From Octopus vulgaris (Eukaryota), in assembly GCA_951406725.2 (NCBI GenBank), contig OX597815.1, forward strand, positions 140,120,001 through 140,184,000: a stretch of DNA of 64,000 nucleotides, written 5' to 3'. Shown piece after piece: positions 1 through 14,253 of the stretch. Each line of letters opens with the position of its first letter. Within the stretch, counting starts at the first letter, position 1. The notes beneath the pieces were generated by a model. It saw nothing but the letters and a program-made list of their open reading frames with translations, ran no database searches and had not been told where the DNA came from. Both the position numbers and the translations under genes were made by a program.

Positions 1-1951
1 CAGCTTCAAAGAAGTGTACTGCAATTTCAATAAAACAACTTTTTATCTCCTTTGAATAATACACATTTAACCCAGTAAAAAATTCTCAAGGATCTCGGAA
101 TTTCCAAGCAGAGGAAACCCAAATAGAGGCCATTGTCAGTCATAGTCCAGCCCCACCTTGTCTTCTCTAAAAATATGTTTCTGAAACAATAACTGTTACA
201 CTAAATTTTCATTATTTTAGAGTCGAGTCAGAGATCTGACTCTAGGGAATGTTTGAGAAAAGTTAGCAAATTCATGGCATTAAACTTCTCGTTTCTTTTC
301 CCTCTACCACATGATCAAAGTATGAACTACATCATTAATACTTTCATTATTCTACAAAAAATTGGTATTCCATTAGTAACACCAAGAGGCAATCGCGCAA
401 ACATTGCAGTAATTCATTATTTGCTTCAAAGGTTGTAAAATGTTGCTCTCGGGAACGCAAGACACTTGATAATTATTATTTCCAGGAATTTGGCTTTAAA
501 AAATCGCTAATGAATGAGGTATGAAATGCAACTAGCAGTATGTATCTATTACTAATAGATGCGTAGTCCACTACTAAACGTCTTTGGCCATTACCTTTTG
601 TAGTTACAACAACTTGTGAGTGCCATGATGACTTTGAAGATATAATTATTCCCTGAGTCAGAAGTTTATTAGTTTAAACTTTAATAAATTCGCTATCTCC
701 AAAAGGGCGATGCTGAGAAGAGCAATATATGGGTATTGTTACGCAGAAATTGCGCGACTCTGATTATTCGAAATTTTGACGGTTTGTCAATTATGCAATT
801 ATTTTAGATCAACGCGTGCAACAGACACAATCAAGACGGAAGTTAACTTTTAAATTTAATCTGAAGTAATTGGAAATGCGATAAAGATGGGGGTTTCCAG
901 ATATTCTGTAGAAAACAAAAAAATACTCTTCCTCATCAGCAGCTTTTCGGAATTATCCTTCTAATAATATTAAAGCTTGATTCTGTCAACAGATAGTACG
1001 TTTTCAGATGATGTGGATACAATTTAGTACCAAGCTTTTTGAAATGTGTTTACGAATCAAAGACAATTCTGCCATTATCAATAAGCATTCGTTGATTATT
1101 CCAAAATACAGTAACAAAAAGTTTCCTCAATATTATTTATGAGTTTGGTGCTGCTGATACTATTGTTTTCGGCTTGTCTTTTCAAAAAATTTTCTGGGAC
1201 GTTTAGTAAAGTATTCAATCATCTTACAATTTTGATGTAATTTATCAGCAACTGGTTTTTATTTAAATTCTCGGATGGTTTTTAATCACTTCTCACTGAA
1301 ATTTTATCTTGAACTGAAGCTGTTTCTCCAACAGCAGTATTGGCCACTCGTGGGAGTACTATCCATGACAATTATAGTAGACTCACATGAGCTATAAAAA
1401 CAGCTATAGGTTTATGATATAGGTTTATGAGGCAGGCGAAGAAATTGTCTTTCGAAAAGGCTTCCTTGTTGAGTTCTTGGTAATTGTATCTTTAATTGCC
1501 TGTTCTATAAAATTAAAAGAACTGATTAAGATACTAGAAAGTTGTCAAAGCCTCGATGAATAATGTGTTATTCCTTCCATAAGTGTATTTTGCTGCTAGT
1601 GAATTTGGAGGTAATGAATTTTTTACTCTTGAATTGTATGTTATGCTATCTTCATCCTCCTCGTTTGTAATTCTAAACCACTCTATTACATCATTGTGAC
1701 CCAAGACTTAATAGAAACAGATCCATTTTTTCGTTCACATCTGGCTTCCCAGATTTAAGATACCATTCAAACTCGATAGAATTATTCTTTAACAGAAAAG
1801 GTGTGATTCTTAGTGATGCCTTTGTATAATAATTTCTGAAGTGTGAAAATTGAAAATCCGTTAATTTCAAGAAGTCAGTGTTCAACAATTGGTCTATATT
1901 ACATTTCAGAAATTGTTGAGTATCGATGTTATTGTGTATACCATTTATCAT
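1..1951 (-). mobile_element. Degenerate Ty3/Gypsy LTR-retrotransposon gag-protease-RT remnant, running off the window start
   Basis: Minus-strand translation gives RT motifs 'KLLTQGIIISSKSSWHSQVVVTTKGNGQRRLVVDY' (~565-680) and 'FARLPLGVTNGIP' (~363-402). It also gives protease-like 'MLIDNG' (~1070-1088) and a gag-like ORF at 1691-1951. Many stops and frameshifts. Confidence 0.8.
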
Positions 1952-2044
1952 AAATATTGAGCTGTCTTACAACAGCCCAATGCATATACAAGCAAATTAG
2001 TCTGTAGTAGGACAACTCATTGATTTCTGCTGTTAGTAATTGAC

Positions 2045-2790
2045 ATAACATTACAATCAACATGGTCTTAACATTCGAGCCTTCAGACGTGCTTTTATTA
2101 GTCGCGATTACGTACTTGAATTCACTACGACAACTCCGTCTTCGTCTCGACATCAGAGATGTAACGTCACGTTTCCTCACCTGTTATCACAATTTTCAGA
2201 AACTCTTGTTTTTATCAAAATTCGAACACTCAAACAATTTCTGACTGACAGCGATTTGATTCTCTTTTAGTACATACATCGTCAGACTTGGCACACATTT
2301 TGTGGTCTTCTGTTTTTCTTTTAAAATAATGTTACACAAGCACCTACATGCCCTCACTACTTCAGAAACTTTATAGACAGGTAAGCGACGATTTTCATAG
2401 ATCACCACACACACATTCGTAATATGATTGTCGTCTTTTACCATAAAAGGTTATCCACATTTGGGGTCGTCTTCGATGAATGTGCTTTCCGATCTGAAAC
2501 GCTAGCACCACTTTGCTTACGGCCGAGTAAAATATTTCCTATAGGCCTGTCGCTTTATTAAAGTACCTGCAGAAATAAACATGAATTTACACAAACAGAT
2601 TGCTCTTCCAAGTCCTTCATTGTTCAATTTGTGACAAGTGCACTAGGCACATGTTCACTCAATGACTAAGGTAGCATAATGTTTCTATATCAGATGAAGG
2701 TCAAGGTCACCATTATAGTTGTAAGCATACTGCACCAACTGGCTGGTGAGTAGGTGTAACAGTTCGGCTTCTTTTAGGACTCATCTCATA
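2045..2790 (-). mobile_element. Mariner transposase remnant (5' half) with probable left end near 2790
   Basis: Minus-strand 'RFRSESTFIEDDP', 'IYENRRLPVYKVSE', 'ITGEET*RYISDVETK' (cf. ITGDETW.Y.YD.ETK) and 'SNVKTMLIV' match mariner transposases. Confidence 0.85.
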
Positions 2791-2989
2791 TACTCACGTA
2801 CTCACACACACACACGCGCGCGCACACACATGCAAACACTCATAAAAACAAACACATACATATATACACACACAAACACTCATATATATGAGTGTGTGCT
2901 TATGTATTTTATATACTAACATGCAATGTATAAGAGCATGCATTTCAAAATAAAATACATATATGTTGATCCTAGACAAACACATGTAA

Positions 2990-2995
2990 CACACA

Positions 2996-3068
<73 letters not shown>

Positions 3069-3088
3069 ACACACACACACACACACAC
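2990..3088. repeat. (CA)n microsatellite
   Basis: Direct reading. Dozens of further (CA)n, (TA)n, (GA)n, (TATC)n, (CATA)n and trinucleotide tracts occur throughout and are not all listed. Confidence 0.98.
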
Positions 3089-3409
3089 CACTACAAGGAC
3101 ACCAAAGCGATATCGCTAATGTGAAGCAAAACATAAGCATGAAATCGATCCCCGAAAAACTTTTTCTTGAATTGATATTGATATTTTGAATTTATAATAT
3201 CCACTATGTATTTTTTTAAAAGTCAGTCACGAGTGTATATAAGTTATACTTCTATAAAATATATTTTTGTATCTTGTTGAAGTGAAAATACGAACGCTAT
3301 TTTCTTTACTACATGTTTATTTCAGGAAAGACATAATGCATTTTATATTAATGTTAATATGTTAATTTATTTTTAGTCTATTCGCTTAACGTTATACATA
3401 TATTCATAA

Positions 3410-3810
3410 GGTGGCGAGCTGGCAGAAGCGTCAGCGCGCCGGGTGAAATGCTTAGCGGTATTTCGTCTGCCGCTACATTATGAGTTCAAATTCCGCCGAA
3501 GTCGACTTTGCCTTTCATCCTTTCGGGGTCGATAAATTAAGTACCAGTTACGCACTGGGATCGATCTAATCGACCTAATCCGTTTGTCTGTCCTTGTTTG
3601 TCCCCTCTGTGTTTAGCCCCTTGTGGGTAGTAAAGAAATAGGTATTTCGTCTGCTGTTACGTTCTGAGTTCAAATTCCGCCGAGGTCGACTTTGACTTTC
3701 ATCCTTTCGAAGTCGAAAAATTATGTACCAGTTGCGTACTGGGGTCGATCTAATCGATTGGTCCCGCTCCCCAAAAATTTCGGGCCTTGTGCCTAGAGTA
3801 GAAAAGATTA
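3410..3810 (+). mobile_element. tRNA-derived SINE family 1 (Meta/MESC-like core), internally dimerised
   Basis: Head GGTGGCGAGCTGGCAGAA, B-box GAGTTCAAATTCC, and core GTCGACTTTGCCTTTCATCCTTTCGGGGTCGATAAATTAAGTACCAG present twice. Confidence 0.9.
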
Positions 3811-3879
3811 TACATATATGCATACATACATATACCAAACAAAGACACGCACATACACACATGCAAGCACTCTTATATA

Positions 3880-4008
3880 CTTTTCTACTTTAGGGTCAAG
3901 GCCCGAAATTTTGGGGGAGAGAACCAGTCGATTAGAGCGACTCCAGTACGTAACTGGTACTTAATTTATTGACCCCGAAAGGATGAAAGGCAAAGTCAAC
4001 CTCCGCAG
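3880..4008 (-). mobile_element. SINE family 1 fragment
   Basis: Reverse complement of the same core (GACCCCGAAAGGATGAAAGGCAAAGTC). Confidence 0.85.
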
Positions 4009-4144
4009 AGTGCAGGCGCTCTTATATAACTAACAAAGCTTTGTTGTGGTGAACTAAGGGAGTCAAGATGCATATTTTAATCAATTATATTTCATTTCTG
4101 ATTCATGGTGTGTTGTGTATGATATATATGTGTGTGTGTGGTGT

Positions 4145-4212
<68 letters not shown>

Positions 4213-5765
4213 ACTGTATGTAAGTGTGTGTGTGTGTGTTTCTTATATAGTGTATTGAACCAGTTTTTGACTTTTGATCCAAAAATAGAATCAGGTTGTG
4301 TACGACAAATATATATATATTAATGTTAATATGTTAATTTTGCAAAATGTTCTTGACTGATAGTAATATAACTCTACTACAAACCAAAGCAACCGTCAAC
4401 CTATTCAAACATATACACATACCTGCCACAGCGGTCTTATTAACAACTCAACAACTCTGTGATATTGCAAACCCTTAATTCCAGCCAATTACTAAACCCT
4501 TCTAACGCAATCATTAATTACAATTTTCTTCAGGCATATTACTGTTCTTTACAAATGTAAAAAAAAAAAAGCTTGCAAAATACTCCACCCTGAAAATTCA
4601 AACGATGAAACTGACAGTACAGTATACATAGAGTTCAGGTAAAATTGCGTCTAATGGAAATAGGTATATACAATACGTGCCCAGGCTGATTTATTATCTT
4701 GAACTCCTTTTTGAACTTGGAAGAAAGCAAAATAAAACAACAGCAGCAATAATCGGTGTTGTAACTGTCTCACAATGAGTGGATATAAGTGGTTTATCAT
4801 TGAGTAGGCACATGCACTGTTGAAAAGAAGAATGAACTGGCAAACAACCGGTATCAGTTTAAAAATGGAGTTTATATATTTAAACATAATTGTTGAGCTG
4901 TTACAATAAAGTTGTTAGAATAAAGTATATCGTAAGGAATAAGGGAGTAAGTAGGTGTGCAGAAATATCTTACAACTGTTTCCTGAAGAGATGCGAATAC
5001 TGGTTTTCAGCAAACAACGATAAGCCATCTATGTAGTAGCGAACTATTCCATCTACAGAAAGAAAAAAAATGTGGTAAATCTTTAGTAAAGGACTTTAGC
5101 TCCATCGTCGAATAGAGAGTAATGTAGATCATTAGTGGAAGGATTTTGTGAAGTATAAAGGAGTGTGGAAAGAAAATATAGGGTCATGAATGTATGAGAG
5201 TAGATTAGAGACTAACTCATGTAGCAAGTGATAAACATATTTCAATTTAAGAGTTCAGAGAGGATGTTCTTCAAGCCGAGAATTTGAACTTATGGGGACA
5301 ATATTTACATATGCAGGGAAACGGTTGCATAATGAAGAACTGGAGAACTACGGCGCGTGGAAACAATTATAGTGATAAAAAAATAAATGTCCAATCGTAC
5401 TCCTTGCTAACTTCACTTTTCTCTCTCTCTCTCCCCCCCCATATATATATATATATATATATATATATTTCTGTGTGAGTTAGAGGTTAGAAACCAACCA
5501 ACTAAGGGATAGTACTTATCCAATATACTGCTGCTAGTGTACCCAATTACTCATACCTAAGTACAAGGTATTGCGTGGCAATCTCACAACTGAGTGTTAT
5601 ATATGGATGGGAGCACAAAGTAGTTTACCCTTAATTTATACGACAAATAAGAAAATGGAGAGGATACAAAAACGACATACATCAGCGGGTAGACATTCTA
5701 GTATATTTATTTATTCCACTGTATTAGAATGCATTAGAAGAATACATACACATGTAATAACAATG

Positions 5766-6077
5766 TATTACATACACATGTACTAATATTACAGAAAATA
5801 GCAAAAGATCAGATTGTCACTAGGTACTAGTTCCTTACTGTTTCTTACTGTTTCTTATATGTATTAGCCCCCTCAACCACTTAGACCCTCTGAAGAAGCC
5901 TAGAGGCACATTCGTCATCCAAACTTTATCTGCCCATCACTACAGAATACTGAAGAGATGGAGACGGCATGGAGGATTTCGTTGCCTCCTGGCAGAAACG
6001 GCCGTAAGGAACTAGTACCTAAGTAACAATCTGATCTTTTGCTATTTTCTGTAATATTAGTACATGTGTATGTAATA
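5766..6077. repeat. Inverted repeat (~73-bp arms) of PLE pseudo-LTR type
   Basis: 5766-5838 is the near-perfect reverse complement of 6004-6077 and encloses a hammerhead motif. Confidence 0.85.
5887..6009 (+). ncRNA. Type I hammerhead ribozyme motif with long stem II insertion
   Basis: CCT-CTGAAGA-a-GCC..AGAGGCA...TGCCTC..GGC-a-GAAAC-GGCC-GTA-AGG. Stem I is CCT/AGG, loop III is palindromic (ACGGCCGT) and the site is GUA. Confidence 0.75.
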
Positions 6078-6221
6078 TGCTTTTACCAGGCAAGGTAAGG
6101 TAATATATGTATATGTATACATGCATACATACATACATACATACATACATACATACATACATACATACATACATACATACATACACATATATATATATGT
6201 ATATTATGTGTGTATATATAT

Positions 6222-6616
6222 ACTCTTTTACTTGTTTCAGTCACGTGACTGTTGCCATGCTGGAGCACCACCTTTAGTCGAGCAAACTGACCCCAGGACT
6301 TATTCTCTGTATGCCTAGTACTTATTCTATCGTTCTCTTTTGCCGAACCGCTAAGTTACGGGGGCGTAAACACACCAGCATCGGTTGTCAAGCGATATTG
6401 GGGGGGGGACAAACACAGACACACAGACATATACACACATACATATATATATATAAAGATATACGACGTGTTCCTTTCAGTTTCCGTCTACCAAATCCAC
6501 TCACAAAGACTTGGTCGGCCCGAGGCTATAGTAGAAGACACTTGCCCAATGTGCCACGCAGTGAGACTGAACCCGGAACCATGTGGTTCGTAAGCAACCC
6601 ATTTACCACACAGCCA

Positions 6617-6618
<2 letters not shown>
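6222..6618 (-). mobile_element. tRNA-derived SINE family 2
   Basis: Reverse complement of the family seen at 20521-21003 and 39661-40125 (GTGGCTGTGTGGTAA head, TTGGGCAAGTGTCTT, GTAAAAGAGT tail). Confidence 0.9.
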
Positions 6619-6673
<55 letters not shown>

Positions 6674-8396
6674 GAATGTGGAAAGCTAAAATGAATAGGA
6701 AAGAGGAAGTTCGCTGGCTAGGTGTGACGAAGACCATATGGATAATGGTAAATACCATTTTTATTGTCATATGGATAATGGTAAATACCATTTTTATTGT
6801 AACAACCCAGCAATTAGGTTTAAATATATAAATCCTGTACTCTGAACTAACACTGGTTGTTTGTGTGCTCAACCTTTTTTTACTGTACAAACACGCACAC
6901 ACATATACACACATATGTACGTACGCACGTACATACAAACATACACACATATTTACATACATACATACTTTGTATACATACATTGTATGTGTTGGAAAAT
7001 CGGCAACCGCATGCGTAGATTAAATGATAAATTGATTAATAGAAAAATAGATTGATTAAAAGATATCTGGGAAGATACATTCACAATTAGATTGCTGGAC
7101 AGGCTGACAAAAAGATTGATTGATAAATTTATTTACAATGAAATATCAAATTATCCACCTGACAAATATCATCTTCTGTCAGCTATCCTGCTGTTGAAAT
7201 GTATTTATAACGCACATATGTTTACAATCGCATGTATGCAAACATAGACATAGACCTACAGATATATCCACGTATGAGTGTGTGTTTTTTTGTGTGTGTG
7301 TGTGTTTGTATGTGTGTTTGTGCGTGCAAGTGTGTATGTTTGTGTGTGTTAGTGTGTGGATGTGTGCGTGTGAGTGTGTATGTATGTATGCAAGTATGCC
7401 TATGTATGAATCTTTGTATATATGTACGTATATATGTATGTATGTATTTATGTATGTATGTATGTATGTATGTATGTATGTATGTATGTATGTATGCATA
7501 TATGCATGAATGTATGTATGTATGTATGTGTATGTGTGTGTATGTATGCATGTATGTATGTATGTATGTATGTATATATGTATGTATGTATGCATGCATG
7601 TATGTATGTATGGGTGTCTATACACTTGATGCGATATGCAATGCAAATTTAGCGAAAATAAGTTTGTAGAAGGAAATTAATACCTTAGTGAAATTACTAT
7701 TGAGCAAACATAAATATTCTATATACATCTTGATATTTCTCCCTTAGGATAGCTATTGAAATTAAAGTGTAAATAAGATCGCTGCCAATTCAAAAGGTCC
7801 TTAAACTTTAATTATAACAACTATGAAAATGGCCGTTGTAACTTGATAAGTAAAGAATATTTATACCTGCAAAAATAGGAATCTCACTGATATACGTAGG
7901 TATTAATTTCATTGCTTTGAGCTTGCTTGCACTAAATTAGTATCACAACATCACAACCAGTATTTATATAGCTTATATCTTTGAATTTCTAAAGCTTAGA
8001 ACTTAGAAAACGCTCATTATCATTTAATTCCTTCGGTCTCTGCTTGGCCATCTCTTTTTTTCCCAATCATTTTTACTCATATATTCTCCTTACTCTTATC
8101 TACTACTCATTAATTTTTACAGTTTAGCCTCATTTTGTTCAATGATATTTTGGTTGTTAGCTTCAGACGCCATTTTACAGATATAGTAGCTACTGATGAA
8201 ATGTTGCTATAGATAAAGTAGCCGTATCTTGAGTGACCTAGAAAAGAACAGTAGTAATAAAAATGATTGATAACTATATTATGCGAATGGATTATGACCT
8301 TCAGATCACGTACCATGCATTGATTTCTACTTTAAAAAATGGCCAACTTCATATGTAAATCAATCTACCTTACAGTGTGAGAGTATGTGTGTAAGT

Positions 8397-8506
<110 letters not shown>

Positions 8507-9444
8507 GCCTACTTGTCTGTTAATCTGTCTGCCTGTCTCTTTCTCTCTCCCTCTATCTATCTATTGTGACAACTCATTCTTTGGGCTACTGGTAGCATGT
8601 AAACCACTACAGACCTGTCGCATGGTCTGGCCGTTGGCAGTTAAACGAGCAACCTTACCAAATCAGCTTGGTAAGGAGGGTGGTTTTTGTTGGACATCCT
8701 ACGCGATGAGAAGCAAAATCTACTAAAATATGGATGAACACTGTTGAATCAACAGTCATCCATCAGCTAAAGAACCACCGAGAGTGATGGAATCCTAGAT
8801 GTTATCACAGCATCCTTCTAAAAGAGGGGCTCTCTGATGTGAAACCTGCGGTTTCACGTGATTACTGGTCATCTCGCTTTGGTCTGTCAGTCGGTACAAA
8901 TCACATAATCTCAGAGAGTGGTAATCGCGTTGCACGAGAGTTTATCATTATGTTCTAAAAACCGACTGGTGTCTCTTTATGGAGACCCCATTTATCAGTC
9001 CATCCATAGAAAACGCGATGGAAGAGTGGTAACGTGTGCAGATCTAACCACTAAGAAGGTTCAACTTCAAATCAAAAACGTTTGAAACTTTGATAGGAGA
9101 ACTGATCCCACAAAGTAACCCGATCATTCTGGTGAAAGCTGCAACTTTTGCCTGACGTTTGTACTTCAAACCTTGCAGATTTCCAGCGGAACTGAACAGT
9201 CATGTTAAAGGTCATGGATAGAAAGTCAGAAATACCATTGACAACGAAAAGCACCTGGAGAGGTAACCATCTGTGAAGATGGAGAAATCACAATGCGCGC
9301 GTGCTGTGTGTATAGGTGTGTGTCGTGGGCCCCTCAACTCCAGATGGAATCGTTGAGGCAATGTCGTCATATACAATTTGTCTTGAACATTCTTAGGCCT
9401 GGCTGACTATGACCCTTTCCAGGACTGTCCACAGCTGATTTCTT

Positions 9445-9527
<83 letters not shown>

Positions 9528-10821
9528 GGGAGATGGAGATCTTCAGCTGTTCTGCTTTGGCTTCCAGTTTGTCGGATCGAGTGCATGTACTTTAAAATGT
9601 AATATAATTCAGAATTGCAGTTTATAAAAATTAAATGAATCGCGAGAACCAAACAGTACAAATTTGTTTTCGAATTTATTTTACTCACTTTCATTATTAG
9701 ATTTTATTAATATTTAATAATTCGACATAATATGCCTTTCTCGTAGTTTGAAAAGTGACTGCAAGACTAGATTTTTCTCTGACGTAAATAAAATATTGAA
9801 TGTACTGTTATGAGGCAGAGAAGAAAAAAGCATTGTCCAACTAATAGGAATATTATTTCATAAGCATATAATAGAACTTGTGTGGACAACTAATAAAATC
9901 ATTTACAAAGATTACTCTCAGATAAAAATTTCCAAGTTGTGCGTATGGTCATTAGTCTATTTAGTTGGCTGTATGCCATGTAACATAAGCTCAAAGATAA
10001 TTAAGAAGAGTCTGGCTTCAATTAATCGAGTATTAATTTGTAAAATACAAATATAAGACAGTTATTAGAACTGCTAAAGTATAACAACCATTCCAGAAAT
10101 TTAGTTTCTGATTGAAAAATATAGCAATAATAATCATTTTTAAGCAACATACGTTCAAGGCTACAAATATATAAATGCATATAAGGACACACCTCATGGC
10201 ATACATATATGCGTAACTCAGTGTATTTCCAGATATGCGAAAAGGTACAGCATGTGCTAGTTCTATTTGAAGTTGATCATGTGGTTTTACTGAGCTAATG
10301 TTAAAATTCTAATGTGGAACCTTGCTGTTTTCTCTTGAAACCTGGTCTTCGTTTATTGGAAGAATTTAAAGAAAAATTTACAGTGAAAAGCAATTATAAA
10401 CTCACATTGCGATGGATGTCTGAACAAAGAGTGAATGGACATACTCACTGAATTATTTAAGAGAAATAGCTAAACACAATTTGTCATCACACATACACAC
10501 ACACACGTACGCACGCATGCACTGCTGTCCTCTGCACTAACCTTGTTTTCTGTTTTCTTCACGCTCAATATCTCCCTTCACTTCCAAACAGACCCAACCA
10601 TTAATTGTTGGAATTATTTTCCATGAACAGTTTCTCTAATTACACGTAAACCTCTCAGATGGCCTGCAATATTACGACAGCTCTAATGAACGACTCAATG
10701 CTCGTTGGATCAGTACAATGTTTAGAGATTAACAAGTAATAGATTTGTATCGAGAGATGGAGACAGAGATAGATAGATGGTGACAGAGTGAGAGAGAAAG
10801 AGAAAAAACAGATAGATTGAT

Positions 10822-10888
<67 letters not shown>

Positions 10889-11265
10889 GCAGGGTGGTGA
10901 GATGGAGAAACATTGTATAAAGAGGAAAATTTAATGAAGTGTTGCGGATGATTCTGAAAATTTACAGCTGCTGTTTGGTTCCTCGAAGAGAAAATAATCG
11001 AAGATAGCAATTTTTTTCTCTTTTATTTTATATTTTGCCACTTTTTCAGAATTTTTTTTTGTCACTTTGCCAGCCCAAAATTAAAATGTTACCTTTTGTT
11101 AAAGAGATTGTGGAGGTTGATGGAGAAAATTAATGAGAAGTTTTGACAAAACCAACTAATTCGCACATCATCCTTGTTGTCCTTCTTTCTCTTCTTCCTT
11201 CCTGCCCTCTTTCTCCCTCTTATCTTACTCCTTCTAGCATACAACCTTCATTACAATGTAGGCAA

Positions 11266-11444
<179 letters not shown>

Positions 11445-11445
11445 A

Positions 11446-11660
11446 GGCGGCGAACAGGCAGAATCGTTAGCACGCTGGACGTAATGCTTAGCGGTATTTT
11501 GCCCGTCACTATGGTCTGGGTTCAAATTCCGCCGAGGTCGACTTTGCCTTTCATCCGTTCGGGGTCGATAAATTAAGTACCAGTGAAACCCCGGGTCGTT
11601 GAAATCGGCTAGTCTCCTCCCGACAAATTTCACGCCTTGTGTCTTTAGTAGAAAGGATTA
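11446..11660 (+). mobile_element. SINE family 1 copy
   Basis: GGCGGCGAACAGGCAGAA head plus the conserved core. Confidence 0.9.
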
Positions 11661-11929
11661 TTATTATTATTATAGTAGCATTGATTGGCAGAATCAGTAG
11701 AGTAGCATTTTGTTACATCTCATTACTTTCTAAGTTCCATTCACACCAAAGTCAACATTGCTTGTAGTTTTTCCAGAATCGTTTAGAACCAGTGCAATGC
11801 AGGGTTCAGTATAACCGATAACAGCTTTTCTCTCAAAAAATGCGTGCTCGTATGCCTTTTAGAACCAGTAATTATGTTTCACATTTTGGTGCAAAGTTAA
11901 CAAGTTTGTGGTTGCGGGGGAGTCGACTA

Positions 11930-12445
11930 CATCAACTTCAGTACTTATTTTATAGACACCTAAAGGGAGGAAAGCTAAAGTTAACCACGGCGGAATATGA
12001 ACTCAGAACATAAAGACAGACGAAATACCTATTTCTTTACTACTCACAAGGGGCTAAACACAGAGAGGACAAACAAGGACAGACAAACGGATTAAGTCGA
12101 TTCGATTGACCCCAGTGCGTAACTGGTACTTAATTTATCGACCCGGAAAGGATGAAAGGCAAAGTCGACCTCGGTGGAATTTGAACTCAAAACGTAGCGG
12201 CAGACGAAATACCTATTTCTTTACTACCCACAAGGGGCTAAACACAGAGAGGATAATCAAGGACAGACAAACGGATTAAGTCGATAATTTCGACCCCAGT
12301 GCGTAACTGGTACTTAATTTATCGACCCCGAAAGGATGAAAGGCAAAGTCGACCTCGGCGGAATTTGAACTCAGAACGTAGCGGCAGACGAAATTCCGCT
12401 AAGCAATTTGTCCGCTATGCTAACGATTCTGCCAGCTCGTCGCTT
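11930..12445 (-). mobile_element. SINE family 1, tandem multimer (about 2.5 units, ~184-bp period)
   Basis: CGAAATACCTATTTCTTTACT junction at ~12021 and ~12205, with the core repeated. Confidence 0.9.
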
Positions 12446-12652
12446 AAGAGGCAATAATTATTATCAACAGATTTTCCTAGCCCATGCACTAACTTGAAAG
12501 ACATGAGATATATCAAACGGAGGCAAGTTCCTGGCAATCTAAAATTACGATGCGCTTTCATTTTCAGCTGTTCATTCCACCAATGTCGAAACTAATATTT
12601 TGGGAAAATGATTTTTAAAAATTCGGCAAATGATTATGTTTAGTATATTGTA

Positions 12653-12860
12653 AGCTGGTGACCTAGCAGGATCTTTAGCACGCCGGGCAAAATGCTTAGA
12701 GATATTTCGTCCGGTTTTACGTTCTAAGTTCAAATGCCACCGGGATCGACTTTGCCTTTCATCCTTTCGCGGTCCATAAAATAAGTACTAATTGAACATT
12801 GGGGTCGATCTAATTGAATTAACCCTCTTCCAAACTTGCTAGCCTTGAGTCAAAATTTGA
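12653..12860 (+). mobile_element. SINE family 1 copy (older)
   Basis: Diverged head and core GACTTTGCCTTTCATCCTTTC. Confidence 0.85.
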
Positions 12861-13589
12861 AATCGTTAAGTTTAATATATTGCCAGTCTTGGATATGTTG
12901 TATATGGATCATGGATCATGGATCCGAATACCCACCTGGAATGATGGAAAATGTATTAATCCAACAAAACATTTTAGAAGTAAATATTTAAAATGTACAA
13001 TGTATTTCGTATAAATAGCCTGCAAGGACACCGGCCCGGCCATATTACAAATAATTTTACAGATAATATAAGGAAATTTATAGCAGAATATATTTTCAGG
13101 CACTTGTAGATGTTTTCTATAAGAAAGAGACAATCAGATTCCTATTACAAGCGATCAGCTTAGTTGCATTCTGTGTACTCTTGAGATAATTTTCTTTGCT
13201 GGACCAATATATTCAAATGTAAACCTTATTCCATGAATAGAGATTAGGGAAAAATTGCTCTATGTAATTGTATAAAACGATAAAAAATATAAACAAATCA
13301 CAATGAAAGAGATATTGTCACATTCCTTAACGACATGTGTGCACATCAAGTTTAGACGTGACTATTTCATCCAGGATGAGCCATTGTCGAGTAATTGCAT
13401 TCTAGAATGGCATACGGATGCTGAAGACACTTTCACATACATCATTGTCTCTCTCTCACGCATACACGCACACAGACACATGCACAGATCATTGTCACAC
13501 ACACGCGCATATATATGTATAATTTATATATTGTGTGTGTGTTCTTATTTATACATGTATATGCACGCACAATGTAATCTGGGGTTTAC

Positions 13590-13635
13590 AGTTATTTCCC
13601 TTACAAACCTGAGCAACGCCGGGCGATACTGCTAG
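13590..13635 (+). mobile_element. Helitron 3' terminus fragment
   Basis: CCTGAGCAACGCCGGG hairpin followed by CTAG|T, the same signature as 41411-41439. Confidence 0.7.
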
Positions 13636-13816
13636 TAATTTATATATTGTGTGTGTGTTCTTATTTATACATGTATATGCACGCACAATGTAATCTGGGG
13701 TTTACTTCTTCATTATAACAAGGCAAAATAATGTTTCATGTAACTTCGACATGTTGAGTCTAACCGTGCTTGATTCAACAACACAGTATATACATGCATA
13801 CATATATATATATGTA

Positions 13817-13873
<57 letters not shown>

Positions 13874-13918
13874 CATACATATATATACTTATATATATAC
13901 TTATATATATTATCATAA

Positions 13919-14148
13919 GGCGGCGAGCTGGTAGAAACGTTAGCACGCCGGGCGAAATTCGTAGCCGTATTTCGTCTGTCGTTACGTTCCGAGTTCAAAT
14001 TCCGCCGAGGTCGACTTTGCCTTTCATCCTTTCGGGGTCGATAAATTAAGTACCAGTTACGCACTGGGGTCGATGTAGTCGACTTAATCCCTTTGTCTGT
14101 CCTTGTTTGTCCCCTCTGTGTTTAGCCCCTTGTGGGTAGTAAAGAAAT
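13919..14148 (+). mobile_element. SINE family 1 full-length copy
   Basis: Head, B-box, core and tail GTGGGTAGTAAAGAAAT. Confidence 0.92.
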
Positions 14149-14253
14149 ATATATATATTATCATAATAATTAGGGAATATAAATTCTAGTGCCACAGGAA
14201 TTAAACATTCAAATTAAAAATATGAAATTGAATTACTCTCGATAATTAATTCA

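Noticed and set aside
8560-9300. Possible LINE 5' UTR/endonuclease start with hairpin CCTTACCAA/TTGGTAAGG, considered as an HDV-like ribozyme
   Set aside because: The nested double pseudoknot could not be built, and the protein similarity is too decayed to call.
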